Shown piece after piece: positions 49,214 to 59,473 of a DNA stretch of 64,000 bases; positions within the stretch are counted from its first letter, which is position 1; every line of letters begins with the position of its first letter. A program made the position numbers and the translations under genes. The notes below the pieces were generated by a model. That model ran no database searches and was not told the origin of the DNA. It saw nothing but the letters and a program-made list of their open reading frames with translations. Source of the DNA: an uncultured archaeon (lineage in GTDB: Archaea > Asgardarchaeota > Lokiarchaeia > Sigyniarchaeales > SOKP01); NCBI GenBank assembly GCA_964493715.1, contig CAZBPC010000003.1:54577-118576 (forward strand), read 5' to 3'.

Positions 49214-50131
49214 TTAATGTTTTTTTTTACGATAAAGTTCCAAATCAGCTTCAATTTCTTTATCACTCATTCCAAAAGTTTTCAAGAGTATTTTAATCTG
49301 TAAAATCGCGTTCTTAGATTTTACATTATATGCTAAATGAAGTGCACTTATATATTGATTTTTAGATTCATTCATTTTTCCTTGATAAAAAAGGCACTCA
49401 CCAACATAACTAAGTCCTTTTATTATTAATTCCACATAATTGGACTCAATCGATAGATTGGTACCTGTTTTAAATTGATATAATGCTTCTTCATAACTTC
49501 CTTGATTTCGCTTAATAATACCTAAATTAAAGTGAGAGATGATCATTCCTTGTTTATCTTTTAACTTGGCAAAAGATTCTAGTGTTTTTTCATAAAGTTC
49601 ATAGACAACATCCCAATCATCTTGCTTCTCATATATTGATATTAGTTTCTCAAGACAATCTAGAATACTATAAATATCATTACTATCTGAAGCAATTGCG
49701 CTGCACTTAAAAAAAATATCAGATGCTTGATCTAATCGATCAAGGCTTATCAGAACGTCTCCAATCCCTTTTAGACATGTAATTTGTTCAGGTATTTGGT
49801 TTAATTCAAAATATATATCATTAGCAATTTGATAATTTTCTAAAGATCTTTCAAATTCTTTTTTTTTAAGAAATAACGTACCCAATAATCCATAAACTGA
49901 AGCTTGCCCCAATCTATCTTTCAGTAATTGAAAATATTTTAAACATAGTAAATAATTTTTTTCTGATTCCTCATATAATTCTAATTGTAGCTGAATTAAG
50001 GCAATATCACTTAATTCTTGGAAATAGTTGGAACCCTTACCAATTTGTTCCAATTCATTCAAATTAACTAATTTTTCTTGTAGTAAGGCTTCTAACTCTT
50101 TTTGGGAATATTCATCTTTATTTTCAACCAT
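49214..50131 (-). CDS. Tetratricopeptide-repeat protein
   Basis: Repeated about 40-aa TPR units (YGLLGTLF, HFNLGIIK, LSYVGECL). Confidence 0.8.
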   Translation of the reverse strand: MVENKDEYSQKELEALLQEKLVNLNELEQIGKGSNYFQELSDIALIQLQLELYEESEKNYLLCLKYFQLLKDRLGQASVYGLLGTLFLKKKEFERSLENYQIANDIYFELNQIPEQITCLKGIGDVLISLDRLDQASDIFFKCSAIASDSNDIYSILDCLEKLISIYEKQDDWDVVYELYEKTLESFAKLKDKQGMIISHFNLGIIKRNQGSYEEALYQFKTGTNLSIESNYVELIIKGLSYVGECLFYQGKMNESKNQYISALHLAYNVKSKNAILQIKILLKTFGMSDKEIEADLELYRKKKH

Positions 50132-50164
50132 GAGTACGAAATAATAAAATAATTTTAATTCAAG

Positions 50165-50599
50165 CTATAAGAGTTCTTCTAAAATCTCTGCAGCATTCTT
50201 TACACATTGGTAACATTTCTTTCCTAATAATTCATGCTTATTGAAATAGTCCATACCTTCAGGAGTGTTAATATCACAACCAATTATTTCCTTACATATC
50301 AATGACCCATTATTTTCTTGAAATTGGCGAGAAAATTCGTTGATAATATTGTATGTCTTTTCTTTGGCTTCGGTATCTTTACTTAATCCCATACCATGTT
50401 TCAATCCAAGAACCATATAAGCACCAGTAACTGCACCACATGTTCTACCACTACGTGCCATTCCTCCTCCAAATCCCGTAGATATTTTTATAGCCCTATC
50501 CAGATCTAATCCATAATAAGGTGCATAAGTGCTGAAGATAGATTGCGCACAACTGAAACCTTCTTTAAACTTTGATAGAGTCTCCTCTATTCTTGACAT
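50165..50599 (-). CDS. C_GCAxxG_C_C family putative redox-active protein
   Basis: CAQS, FGGG, CGAVTG, and two further conserved Cys (ICKE, KCYQC). Confidence 0.88.
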   Translation of the reverse strand: MSRIEETLSKFKEGFSCAQSIFSTYAPYYGLDLDRAIKISTGFGGGMARSGRTCGAVTGAYMVLGLKHGMGLSKDTEAKEKTYNIINEFSRQFQENNGSLICKEIIGCDINTPEGMDYFNKHELLGKKCYQCVKNAAEILEELL

Positions 50600-50720
50600 T
50601 TTAAATGACCATATTCTATTATAAAAGTAATTTTTAAATCTATAAGAAATATAAAATTACTTATCTATTATATATTTAGAGATAAATTAATTATTTAATT
50701 TCTGAGCAAGGTTATTTTGA

Positions 50721-51833
50721 ATGAAGGTGAAAGCTAGATTATTTGATAAACTTGAAGAAAATAAGGTTAAATGTCATGTATGTGCTAATGAATGCACTGT
50801 GTTACCAGATAATGTAGGAATATGTGGAACAAGAAAGAATATTGATGGAGAGTTTTACTCCCTAATTTATGGGTCTATGATATCATCTGGTAGTTTAGAT
50901 CCAATTGAGAAGAAACCGCTTTATAATTACTGGCCAGGGGCTACAGCTTATTCGATTGCGTCAATTGGGTGTTCTTTTAAATGTCAAAATTGCCAAAACT
51001 GGTCTATTAGCCAAGCGATCCCCACAGATAACGGAAAAGAAGGTTTTTATGACCTAAAGGGATACGAGAATCACGAAATGTCTTTAGTTGAAATGACACC
51101 TGAACAATTAGTGAAAAGAGTTATTAAAAGCGGAGCAAAAACCCTTGCGTATACCTATAATGAACCACTTATTTGGCACGAATGGATATTAGATACAAAT
51201 CGATTACTTAAGAAAGAGGATATTAAGACTATATTGGTAACAAATGGATATTCTACTCCAGAAGCTTCAAAAGAGTTAATAGAAGCCGGTATAGATGCTG
51301 CAAACATAGATATTAAATCAATGTCAGATGATTTTTATAAGAAGATATGTGGAGTCAAATCAGTACAGCCAGTCCTAAATACTGCGAAATTATTCAAAGA
51401 AAATGGGATCCACGTGGAAATCACGAATTTAGTTATCCCCGATTTAAATGACAGTAAAAATGATATTGAAGAATTATCAAGATGGGTATTAAATAATTTA
51501 GGACAAAACACACCAACTCACTTTTCTGCTTACCATCCTGATTTCAAAGCACCTTCTAAGATGAATACTCCTCACGATGTTCTCGATCGAGCCTATAATA
51601 TAGCTAAAGGTGTCGGATTAAATTATGTTTATGTTGGTAATTTACCACATGATAAAGGGAGTAACACATACTGTCCAAATTGTAATCATCTAATAATAGG
51701 CAGACGTGGATATAGTTTTACAAAAATAAATATTACGAATGAGAAAAAATGTCCAAATTGTAGTTATGATTTTACTAATGATATTATAGGAATTATTAAT
51801 CGAGAAAATAAACACAACTTCTCATTTTTTTAA
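50721..51833 (+). CDS. amrS: AmmeMemoRadiSam-system radical SAM enzyme
   Basis: N-terminal Cys cluster, DPIEKKPL, CSFKCQNCQNWSISQ, YTYNEP, YVYVGN and TYCPNC. Confidence 0.88.
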   Translation: MKVKARLFDKLEENKVKCHVCANECTVLPDNVGICGTRKNIDGEFYSLIYGSMISSGSLDPIEKKPLYNYWPGATAYSIASIGCSFKCQNCQNWSISQAIPTDNGKEGFYDLKGYENHEMSLVEMTPEQLVKRVIKSGAKTLAYTYNEPLIWHEWILDTNRLLKKEDIKTILVTNGYSTPEASKELIEAGIDAANIDIKSMSDDFYKKICGVKSVQPVLNTAKLFKENGIHVEITNLVIPDLNDSKNDIEELSRWVLNNLGQNTPTHFSAYHPDFKAPSKMNTPHDVLDRAYNIAKGVGLNYVYVGNLPHDKGSNTYCPNCNHLIIGRRGYSFTKINITNEKKCPNCSYDFTNDIIGIINRENKHNFSFF

Positions 51834-51879
51834 TAAAAAAGGTGCAAAAGAAAATAAAGATTTTTATTGAAGGAAGAAG

Positions 51880-52569
51880 CTAAAAAAAGCCCGTTATTGA
51901 TACACCGATCACTAGCAAGAGAAAGCCTTGAAGCAAGCAAAATACTGCAATTATGAAAGCCAACGGTGGCCAGGATATTGCTTTTGAAATCGCCATTAAG
52001 CTACCGATATAAAATTTCACCGTTAATGCTACAATTGCAAAAACCACGATGAATAAGATGATCATAAACAATTTAGGATCTATGAAAACAGCGATTACTT
52101 TCACGGCTGTATCTGGGATTGCTAAAGACGCAAATATCACAACGAAAGTTGCAACTAATAGCCCTAATACACTTCCTATAGGAAGATCATTTAAGGGTTT
52201 CAAAAATGTGAGGATCCCTAGAATAATAAGCAATGCTGATGAAAAAACACTAACTGTTGGAGGATTTATTCCCTGTGTATATTGCTGAGCAGCAAAAGCT
52301 AAGCTTGGTGGCTCATTAAGAATTAAACCTCCAACACCACATAAAATGCTAAATATCCCTACAAAAAATCCCAAAAAGGTTAGAATTTTTAAAAACTTGG
52401 TGATTTTAAAATTCCAATCCTCAACTTTCCGTTCTTTAAAGGATCCTCGTCTTTTCGCTTCATAAAATGCATAAATCATCCAAATAACTCCAAGTAGTAA
52501 AATAAAAAAGCCTCCATATTTTGCTAGTGGTCGTAAGAATGCTTCGGTAAAATCAATTTGATATAACAC
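51880..52569 (-). CDS. Multipass membrane protein of unknown function
   Basis: About six hydrophobic segments. Confidence 0.7.
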   Translation of the reverse strand: MLYQIDFTEAFLRPLAKYGGFFILLLGVIWMIYAFYEAKRRGSFKERKVEDWNFKITKFLKILTFLGFFVGIFSILCGVGGLILNEPPSLAFAAQQYTQGINPPTVSVFSSALLIILGILTFLKPLNDLPIGSVLGLLVATFVVIFASLAIPDTAVKVIAVFIDPKLFMIILFIVVFAIVALTVKFYIGSLMAISKAISWPPLAFIIAVFCLLQGFLLLVIGVSITGFF

Positions 52570-52764
52570 TTATTTTCACTCTTTATATTTGAATTATTAA
52601 TTTATTATGATAAATAACACCACTCGAATATTTATATTATAGCTAGTCCAATAATTGTCTTAATTTTATTATATCCTTATCTAAATCTCATTGATTTATT
52701 TCATGTAATTTTAGACAATGTAAATTATAGAACAGCTGAAATCCAAAAATTTTAAATACAATGA

Positions 52765-52849
52765 TTTTTCAATCGAAACATTTAAATAGTTAACCTATCA
52801 AATTTTTTCAATCGAAACATTTAAATAGTTAATCTATGAAATTTTTTCA
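52765..52849. repeat. 39-bp tandem direct repeat (two copies plus a 7-nt partial), each copy containing a BRE/TATA-like element
   Basis: tttttcaatcgaaacatttaaatagttaacctatcaaat versus tttttcaatcgaaacatttaaatagttaatctatgaaat (2 mismatches). Confidence 0.85.
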
Positions 52850-52975
52850 CTTAAAAGCTTTTCGGATTCATCATATTTATCCTTCTGAAATCATAAAATT
52901 GAAATATAAAGAATTATTTTAATTTATCTAACCATTTTCAATAAAAATAAGTTATAATGATAAGTTAAATATGTA

Positions 52976-55444
52976 GTGATTAATACGTGTATTGAAACTA
53001 ATTTATTAAAAAAAAATAATGATCTTACAAAAACCTTATTAAGTTTATCCACTAAACAAAGTGGACTTACTTCTTCTCAAGCTTCTGAACGATTACAGGA
53101 GATTGGTCCAAATGAAATCCCAGAGAAAAAGAAGAATCCATTTATTGAATTCTTGAAGAATTTTTGGGGCCCTATCCCATGGATGATTGAAGCAGCAGTA
53201 ATAATGTCTGTTATTGATCAACAATGGGATGATTTTTGGATTATTTTTTCATTGTTGATGTTAAATGCACTAATCAGGTTTTGGGAAGAACATAAGGCCG
53301 ATAACGCCATTGAATTGTTAAAAAAACGATTAGCTATTAATGCCCGAGTACTAAGAGACGATAGGTGGGGAATTTTGCCAGCACGAGAATTAGTTCCTGG
53401 AGATATTATTCGTGTGCGGCTTGGAGATATTGTTCCCGCAGACATTAAGCTTATTGAAGGAGATTATTTATTAGTAGATGAATCTACTTTGACTGGAGAA
53501 TCTTTACCTGTTGAAAAGCATTTTATGGATGCAGAATACGCGGGTGCAATTATTAAACAAGGAGAGATGGTTGGTGTTGTTACTGGTACGGGATTAAACA
53601 CTTATTTTGGAAAAACAACAAAATTAATGAATTCATCAAGAACAAGAAGCCATTTTCAGAAAGCAATAATGAAGATCGGTAATTACTTAATTACTTTAGC
53701 TATTGTTATCGTATTAGTAATTTTTGTAATTGCTACAATTAGGCACGAAAACATTCTACAAACCTTACAATTTGCTCTAATCTTAACAGTAGCCGGTATT
53801 CCTGCCGCTCTACCAGCAGTACTTTCAGTTACAATGGCGATTGGAGCTATAACATTAAGCAAAAAAGAAGCAATTGTCAGTAAACTTGTAGCGATCGAGG
53901 AATTGGCGAGCATTGATGTACTTTGTTGTGATAAGACAGGAACGATCACAAAAAATGAACTTACAATTGGTAAAGTAATCCCCTTTTTACACTATACTGA
54001 AGAAGATGTATTAAGATATGCTACTTTAGCATCTAAAGAAGAGAATCAAGATCCGATTGATACTGCAATTATAAATAAGTTGAGAACATTTTCTTCTACA
54101 GAAAATGATTTAAAGCTATATAATGTATTAAAATTTAAGCCATTTGATCCAATAATCAAACGAACTGAAGTAGAAATTGAAACCATATGTAATATAAACC
54201 AAGATAGAAAAACATCTAGTACTGAATGTTTTAAGGTGTCAAAAGGAGCCCCTCAAGTTATTCTATCTTTGCTATCAGATAACAGTGCTAATGAGATGGT
54301 AAATCATTATGTAGATAGTTTTGCATCTAAAGGATATCGAGCTTTGGGAGTGGCTAAAACTAATGGTTATGATGAATGGAGTTTTGTAGGTTTAATTGCT
54401 TTATTTGATCCCCCACGAGAAGATTCAGCCGAAACAATAAAGATGGCTCAATCAATGGGAATTAATGTCAAAATGATTACTGGGGATCATATAGCTATTG
54501 CGAAACAAATATCAGAACAAGTTAATTTGGGTATGAACATTATAACCGCAAACGATTATCTAGAAAAAGTAAATGGGGAAGTAGAGAACACTGTAGAAAA
54601 AGCTGATGGATTTGCCCAGTTCTTTCCTGAACATAAGCACCACCTTGTACAGCTCCTTCAGAAAAAAGGACACATTGTTGGCATGACTGGTGACGGTGTA
54701 AATGATGCTCCAGCTTTAAAGATAGCAGATGTTGGAATCGCTGTTGCTGGAGCGACCGATGCTGCAAAATCTGCAGCTGATATTGTACTTACAAAGCCAG
54801 GTATCTCGGTAACAATTGATTCAATAAAGGAAAGTCGAAATATATTTCAACGAATGACTAATTATTCCACGTACCGTATTGCTGAGACGATTAGAATCTT
54901 ATTTTTCATTGCATTGTCGATTATTTTCTTTAATTTTTATCCCGTTACTGCATTAATGATCGTATTGCTTGCAATTCTCAACGATATTCCTATTATGACA
55001 ATCTCTTATGATAACGTCAGATATCAAAATGAACCTCTCACTTGGAATATGAAGAGGCTCTTGCTGATTGCCACCTTTTTAGGAATTATTGGAGTAGTAT
55101 CTTCTTTTTTAATTCTGTTCATTGGATTAAATGTCTTTCATTTAAGTCCAATCTTACTCCAATCTTTTATTTATTTAAAGCTCTCAGTAGCAGGACATTT
55201 GACAATCTTTGTCGCTCGTACTAAAGGACCTTTTTGGTCAATCAAACCTAAGAAAATACTCTTCATCGCAATAATTGTAACACAATTAATAGCTACTTTA
55301 ATCACCGTTTATGGATTATTACTACCGGCTATGGGTTGGGGATTGGCAATTTTTGTTTGGGTTTATGCTTTAGGATTCTTTGTGATAACTGATTTTCTAA
55401 AAGTAGGTTTATACAAGTTGTTTGATAAATTGGGAATAAATTAA
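52976..55444 (+). CDS. P-type ATPase, type IIIA plasma-membrane H+-exporting
   Basis: FWGPIPWMIEAA, TGES, GIPAALP, DKTGT, KGAP, DPPR, TGD, TGDGVNDAP and AILND. Confidence 0.93.
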   Translation: MINTCIETNLLKKNNDLTKTLLSLSTKQSGLTSSQASERLQEIGPNEIPEKKKNPFIEFLKNFWGPIPWMIEAAVIMSVIDQQWDDFWIIFSLLMLNALIRFWEEHKADNAIELLKKRLAINARVLRDDRWGILPARELVPGDIIRVRLGDIVPADIKLIEGDYLLVDESTLTGESLPVEKHFMDAEYAGAIIKQGEMVGVVTGTGLNTYFGKTTKLMNSSRTRSHFQKAIMKIGNYLITLAIVIVLVIFVIATIRHENILQTLQFALILTVAGIPAALPAVLSVTMAIGAITLSKKEAIVSKLVAIEELASIDVLCCDKTGTITKNELTIGKVIPFLHYTEEDVLRYATLASKEENQDPIDTAIINKLRTFSSTENDLKLYNVLKFKPFDPIIKRTEVEIETICNINQDRKTSSTECFKVSKGAPQVILSLLSDNSANEMVNHYVDSFASKGYRALGVAKTNGYDEWSFVGLIALFDPPREDSAETIKMAQSMGINVKMITGDHIAIAKQISEQVNLGMNIITANDYLEKVNGEVENTVEKADGFAQFFPEHKHHLVQLLQKKGHIVGMTGDGVNDAPALKIADVGIAVAGATDAAKSAADIVLTKPGISVTIDSIKESRNIFQRMTNYSTYRIAETIRILFFIALSIIFFNFYPVTALMIVLLAILNDIPIMTISYDNVRYQNEPLTWNMKRLLLIATFLGIIGVVSSFLILFIGLNVFHLSPILLQSFIYLKLSVAGHLTIFVARTKGPFWSIKPKKILFIAIIVTQLIATLITVYGLLLPAMGWGLAIFVWVYALGFFVITDFLKVGLYKLFDKLGIN

Positions 55445-55557
55445 AAATAAATTCTTTTTTTTAAAATTAATTATATTCATTAAATATTCACTCAATTTGA
55501 GATCACGTTGAGTTGTTCATATTAATTTGAACTATGAGTTATGTTATATTGAAGGTT

Positions 55558-57252
55558 TTAATGAATAAATGAAACTGTTTTGCGAACATAATCTATGTAT
55601 TGATCAATCTCGTTATTTTTAGTTTCATCATCCCAAGAATATTCTTTTTGCATGATACTTGCTACTTTTTCAGCTACTTCTGACGCTTTTTTGTGATCTA
55701 TCCACAACGACATCTCAGTTCTTCGACAGAATACGTCAATTAAATGAGGTGTTAGTTCATATCGCAAGGTATATAATATTTCTGCTTTGGTAAAATCATT
55801 CTCTTCAATTAATTTTTCGGATAAAGATTCATCATTTTTAATCAAATCTAATATTCTCATAGCTCCTTTTCCGTACTGTTGATAAAGATGATCAGTAATT
55901 ACTTGTTCCAGACGTACACCAGAATTTTTTAGATATTTCTCCCACTCTTCCTTATCAGTTGCGATGAGGAACTTTTTTCTACTATAGTAAGGTTCTCTGT
56001 GGATATTTGAAAAGATCTTATTTTCTTCAATTTTTCCGAACAGATCTTCAGCCATCGCTCTCCATTCTGTCAATTTACCCCCTGTTATTGTAAGTAATCC
56101 ATCAGGGGAGAAAAATATTATGTGATTTCTAGATACTTCACTTTCTGGTTTCCCTTTTTGCATAACTAATGGTCTTATACCAGCATAAGTAGAAAGTATA
56201 TTTTTATAATCTAATTTTGCATTTGGATAATATTGTTTAACAGATTCAATTAAGTATTCTGCATCTTCCTTATTGCAAAATGGATTATCTAAATCTTTTT
56301 GGTAATCAGTATCAGTCGTTCCGACAAGAGTATATTTTTTATTCCGTGGAATAACAAAAAAATATCTATTATCAATCTTTGTATAAAGACCATTTGCCAT
56401 CTTATTTCCTATATCTTCACGCTTATATGTGAGATGAACTCCCTTAGTCGGTCTGATTAGTGGTTTTGGAATGGTATCGGGATAATTTTCTATTAAACTG
56501 TCAGCCCATATACCCGTTGCATTTACTACCAATCGAGCTGAAATTTCAAATTTAGAATCATTTTCTAAATCTTTGCATTTTATTCCAACTATATTGTTAT
56601 TACTTTTTATATAATCAGTGACCTTGCAATAATTTAATACATCAGCGCCTCTAACCATTGCTTCTTTAAGTACCTCAATTGTTAAACGAGCATCGTCAAT
56701 ATTTGTATCGTAGTATACTACACCACCTTGAAGACCTTCTCTATTAAATTTTGGTTCAAGGTCATAGATTTCTTCAGCTTTATAGGTTTTACTTTTTTTA
56801 AAATTTTTAAATTCTGATTGATCATCGCTTAAAAAATCATAAATTTTAGTAAGCCCTTGAAAATCCCGTTTCTTATATTTACTTCCTTCAATTATTGGTA
56901 AAAAAAATGGTACAGGTCTAACTAAATGGGGTATTTGAACCCTCATCCAGTTTCTTTCACGGGTAGCACTCTTAACTAAATCCCTTTCATTTTGGGCAAT
57001 ATATCTAATTCCGCCGTGTGCCATTTTTGTACTTCTCGATGAAGTTCCTGCAGCAAAATCTTGCATCTCCACTACAGCAACACTCAAGTTCCTCATTGCT
57101 GCTTCTCTTGCAATACCTGCTCCTGTTATACCCGCTCCTATGATCACAACATCATATTGGCTACTTTGCATTTTTTGGATGATTTTTTCTCGATTTTTGA
57201 AACTCCAAGATTGATCAAATAATTTTTTTTCCAAATCTACCATTTTGACCAA
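55558..57252 (-). CDS. glpA: FAD-dependent glycerol-3-phosphate dehydrogenase/oxidase (GlpA/GlpD family)
   Basis: IGAGITG, GTSSRSTKMAHGGIRY, DDARL, NATGIW, GTTD, GIRPL and GGKLT. Confidence 0.88.
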   Translation of the reverse strand: MVKMVDLEKKLFDQSWSFKNREKIIQKMQSSQYDVVIIGAGITGAGIAREAAMRNLSVAVVEMQDFAAGTSSRSTKMAHGGIRYIAQNERDLVKSATRERNWMRVQIPHLVRPVPFFLPIIEGSKYKKRDFQGLTKIYDFLSDDQSEFKNFKKSKTYKAEEIYDLEPKFNREGLQGGVVYYDTNIDDARLTIEVLKEAMVRGADVLNYCKVTDYIKSNNNIVGIKCKDLENDSKFEISARLVVNATGIWADSLIENYPDTIPKPLIRPTKGVHLTYKREDIGNKMANGLYTKIDNRYFFVIPRNKKYTLVGTTDTDYQKDLDNPFCNKEDAEYLIESVKQYYPNAKLDYKNILSTYAGIRPLVMQKGKPESEVSRNHIIFFSPDGLLTITGGKLTEWRAMAEDLFGKIEENKIFSNIHREPYYSRKKFLIATDKEEWEKYLKNSGVRLEQVITDHLYQQYGKGAMRILDLIKNDESLSEKLIEENDFTKAEILYTLRYELTPHLIDVFCRRTEMSLWIDHKKASEVAEKVASIMQKEYSWDDETKNNEIDQYIDYVRKTVSFIH

Positions 57253-57379
57253 GTTTAAAAAATTCTGGACCTTAAATAAGGTTTCTTAAAGTTACAATCA
57301 TCAATATATTTGAATTTTTGGGATAAATAGATTGATAAATATGCAATTTATTCTTTTTTTATATTATGAGATGATAAAA

Positions 57380-57811
57380 ATGGTTAATTCAGAATTATTA
57401 AATGAGATTAAATTAAAATTATCTAATGATAATGCAATGCCTGAAGATTGTTTGAAAATTTTTGAGATATATAAACAAATTTCCTCAGAAAATGCGGAAT
57501 TAAGAGAAGAATTTGATGATATGGCAATGTTGGATATGAATTTCTTAGGACAAATAATCATTTCCGATAAAAGCAAAAAATTTTGGCTTAAATTCAAGGA
57601 AGGGAAGATAGATTATGGAGAAGGTGATGTTAATAATCCTTCAATAGCCTTTTCAACCAAAATGGATACTTTTACTGGAATTCTTTTTGGAATATTTGAA
57701 ATTTCAGATGCACACAAAGCCGGAGAAGTTAGCTTTGAAGGGGATAGTGAAGCTCTAATGGATTTTCAAGCTATTACTTCCACTTTGAATGACTTTTTAA
57801 AAATTCATTAG
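57380..57811 (+). CDS. SCP2 sterol/lipid-carrier domain protein
   Basis: C-terminal pattern WLKFKEGKIDYGEGDVNNPSIAF...AHKAGEVSFEGD...LMDF. Start is uncertain (track start 57332). Confidence 0.78.
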   Translation: MVNSELLNEIKLKLSNDNAMPEDCLKIFEIYKQISSENAELREEFDDMAMLDMNFLGQIIISDKSKKFWLKFKEGKIDYGEGDVNNPSIAFSTKMDTFTGILFGIFEISDAHKAGEVSFEGDSEALMDFQAITSTLNDFLKIH

Positions 57812-57840
57812 ATTAGGTTTTAATTTTTATCTTATCGATA

Positions 57841-59019
57841 TCAGGGAAAATTAGGATTATCTTCAATAATAAATTCCATATATCGTTTAATAAATGAAGA
57901 TAATTGTTCAAAATTAGGAGATTCTCCAGTCCTTACAAATATAGCAGTTAGTGCATTTCCCATCAATATTGCTTCAGGAGGGGATAGATTAGCTGATAAG
58001 CCAAGAATAGTACCAGAATGAAAATGATCTCCTGCGCCGACAGTAAACTTGGGTTTGGATGTAAATCCTTCAGTAATCCAATAATGATCTTCTTTTGTAG
58101 AAATTGTTGCAAAATGAGGAGAGTGAATCACTAAATAAGATAGATTCATTTCTCTATTAAGTTTCTTTCCGCATTCATTAAATTTAGATAATTGAGATTT
58201 ATCTAAATTCCTAATATTAAGCAAGACTCTTGAAAGATATGAGGCTTCTTGATCATTTGCACTTAATAATACAGGAATGTAATCATTGAGTTTTTGTAAG
58301 ATTTTAATTAGATCATTTATATCATTTGCTGATCGTTTTCGAATATCCGCAATGTCTACAAAAAAGAATTTATTTCTTAAATTAGAAATTGAAGGAAAAA
58401 TATCAATTAATAAGTGTTTCCAAATGTCATTTAGATGTGGTAATAAAGCCCAATGTCCAAATCCTAAGATGTCTGATTTGTTAACCATTTGGATTATCTC
58501 ATCTAGATTTAAAATATCAGAAATTGTTCTCCAAGATATATTTAAGATCGGTTCAAAATCAGTAATCATTACCTTACCATCATCAAATTCTAATCCTAAA
58601 GTCTGACCTGGATTCGCTATTGAGTATGATTCAACATTATGTTGGGGGACGTATAATTCGTTTAACTCGGGGTAACCTAAAGCGGCTACCAGATTGACTT
58701 TTGCTCCTAACGCGTTGATAGCTCTGCAGGTATTAGGGGCAAACCCCCCAAAAATTCTTTTCTTTAACACTCTCTCAATGTTAGCAGAACTCCCGGCTAC
58801 ATCTATCAGCAATTCGCCAAAATCCTTTAATGTGCTCATTTTAGTCCATTCTTCTGCATTCTTTCTGCTCTGAACTACTGAATAGAGTGAATCAACATAT
58901 CCATCAAATCCTAAAAAACAGGATTTACTTTTAATTAAATTTTCTAAATCCTTTGATTTCTTAATTATGGTTTCACAGGATTTTAACGTATAATCATAAT
59001 TATTTTGAGGTTGATACAT
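57841..59019 (-). CDS. PfkB/ribokinase-like carbohydrate kinase
   Basis: GFDGYVD, GGFAPN, NDQEA and TVGAGDHF signature. Confidence 0.78.
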   Translation of the reverse strand: MYQPQNNYDYTLKSCETIIKKSKDLENLIKSKSCFLGFDGYVDSLYSVVQSRKNAEEWTKMSTLKDFGELLIDVAGSSANIERVLKKRIFGGFAPNTCRAINALGAKVNLVAALGYPELNELYVPQHNVESYSIANPGQTLGLEFDDGKVMITDFEPILNISWRTISDILNLDEIIQMVNKSDILGFGHWALLPHLNDIWKHLLIDIFPSISNLRNKFFFVDIADIRKRSANDINDLIKILQKLNDYIPVLLSANDQEASYLSRVLLNIRNLDKSQLSKFNECGKKLNREMNLSYLVIHSPHFATISTKEDHYWITEGFTSKPKFTVGAGDHFHSGTILGLSANLSPPEAILMGNALTAIFVRTGESPNFEQLSSFIKRYMEFIIEDNPNFP

Positions 59020-59107
59020 AATAAAATCACATCAAACTATCTTGGAAATAATATATAATATCATTAATTACTTTAAACCTAAAATAATTGAGATATTTTT
59101 GAATATA

Positions 59108-59152
59108 CCTATCTCCTGTATTTACGGAGTCCTATCTCCTGTATTTACGGAG
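59108..59152. repeat. Perfect 22-bp direct repeat separated by 1 nt
   Basis: cctatctcctgtatttacggag at 59108-59129 and 59131-59152. Confidence 0.9.
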
Positions 59153-59340
59153 ATTGTTAGATCCATATCAGGAATATCAGCGTAACTTCCGGAAGTATAA
59201 TAAATTGCTGGTTTTTCAACTGTCCATATTTGTACAACTGCAGGTTCTGGTGTAAAAAAAACTGAATAAACACCAAGACTTAAACCTCCAATGCCAACTA
59301 GTAAAGCTAAGATTGCTAATCCATTATTCCTACTACCCAT
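59122..59340 (-). pseudogene. Probable truncated gene for a membrane-anchored or secreted protein
   Basis: Signal/TM segment and the start of a beta-rich domain; the stop codon falls inside a 22-bp duplication. Confidence 0.5.
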
Positions 59341-59473
59341 ATTCTCATATCACATTTTTTTCAATTTAAATTCTAAATTATATTGTACTATAAACACCAT
59401 AATTTAAAATTTATTTTTAAGAGAGAACTTGTTGTTGTAGAGGATGATAAGATATAAATTAGACTTATAAAAA

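Noticed and set aside
52765-52849. 39-bp repeat as a mini-CRISPR array
   Set aside because: The copies abut with no spacers, and there are no cas genes in the window.
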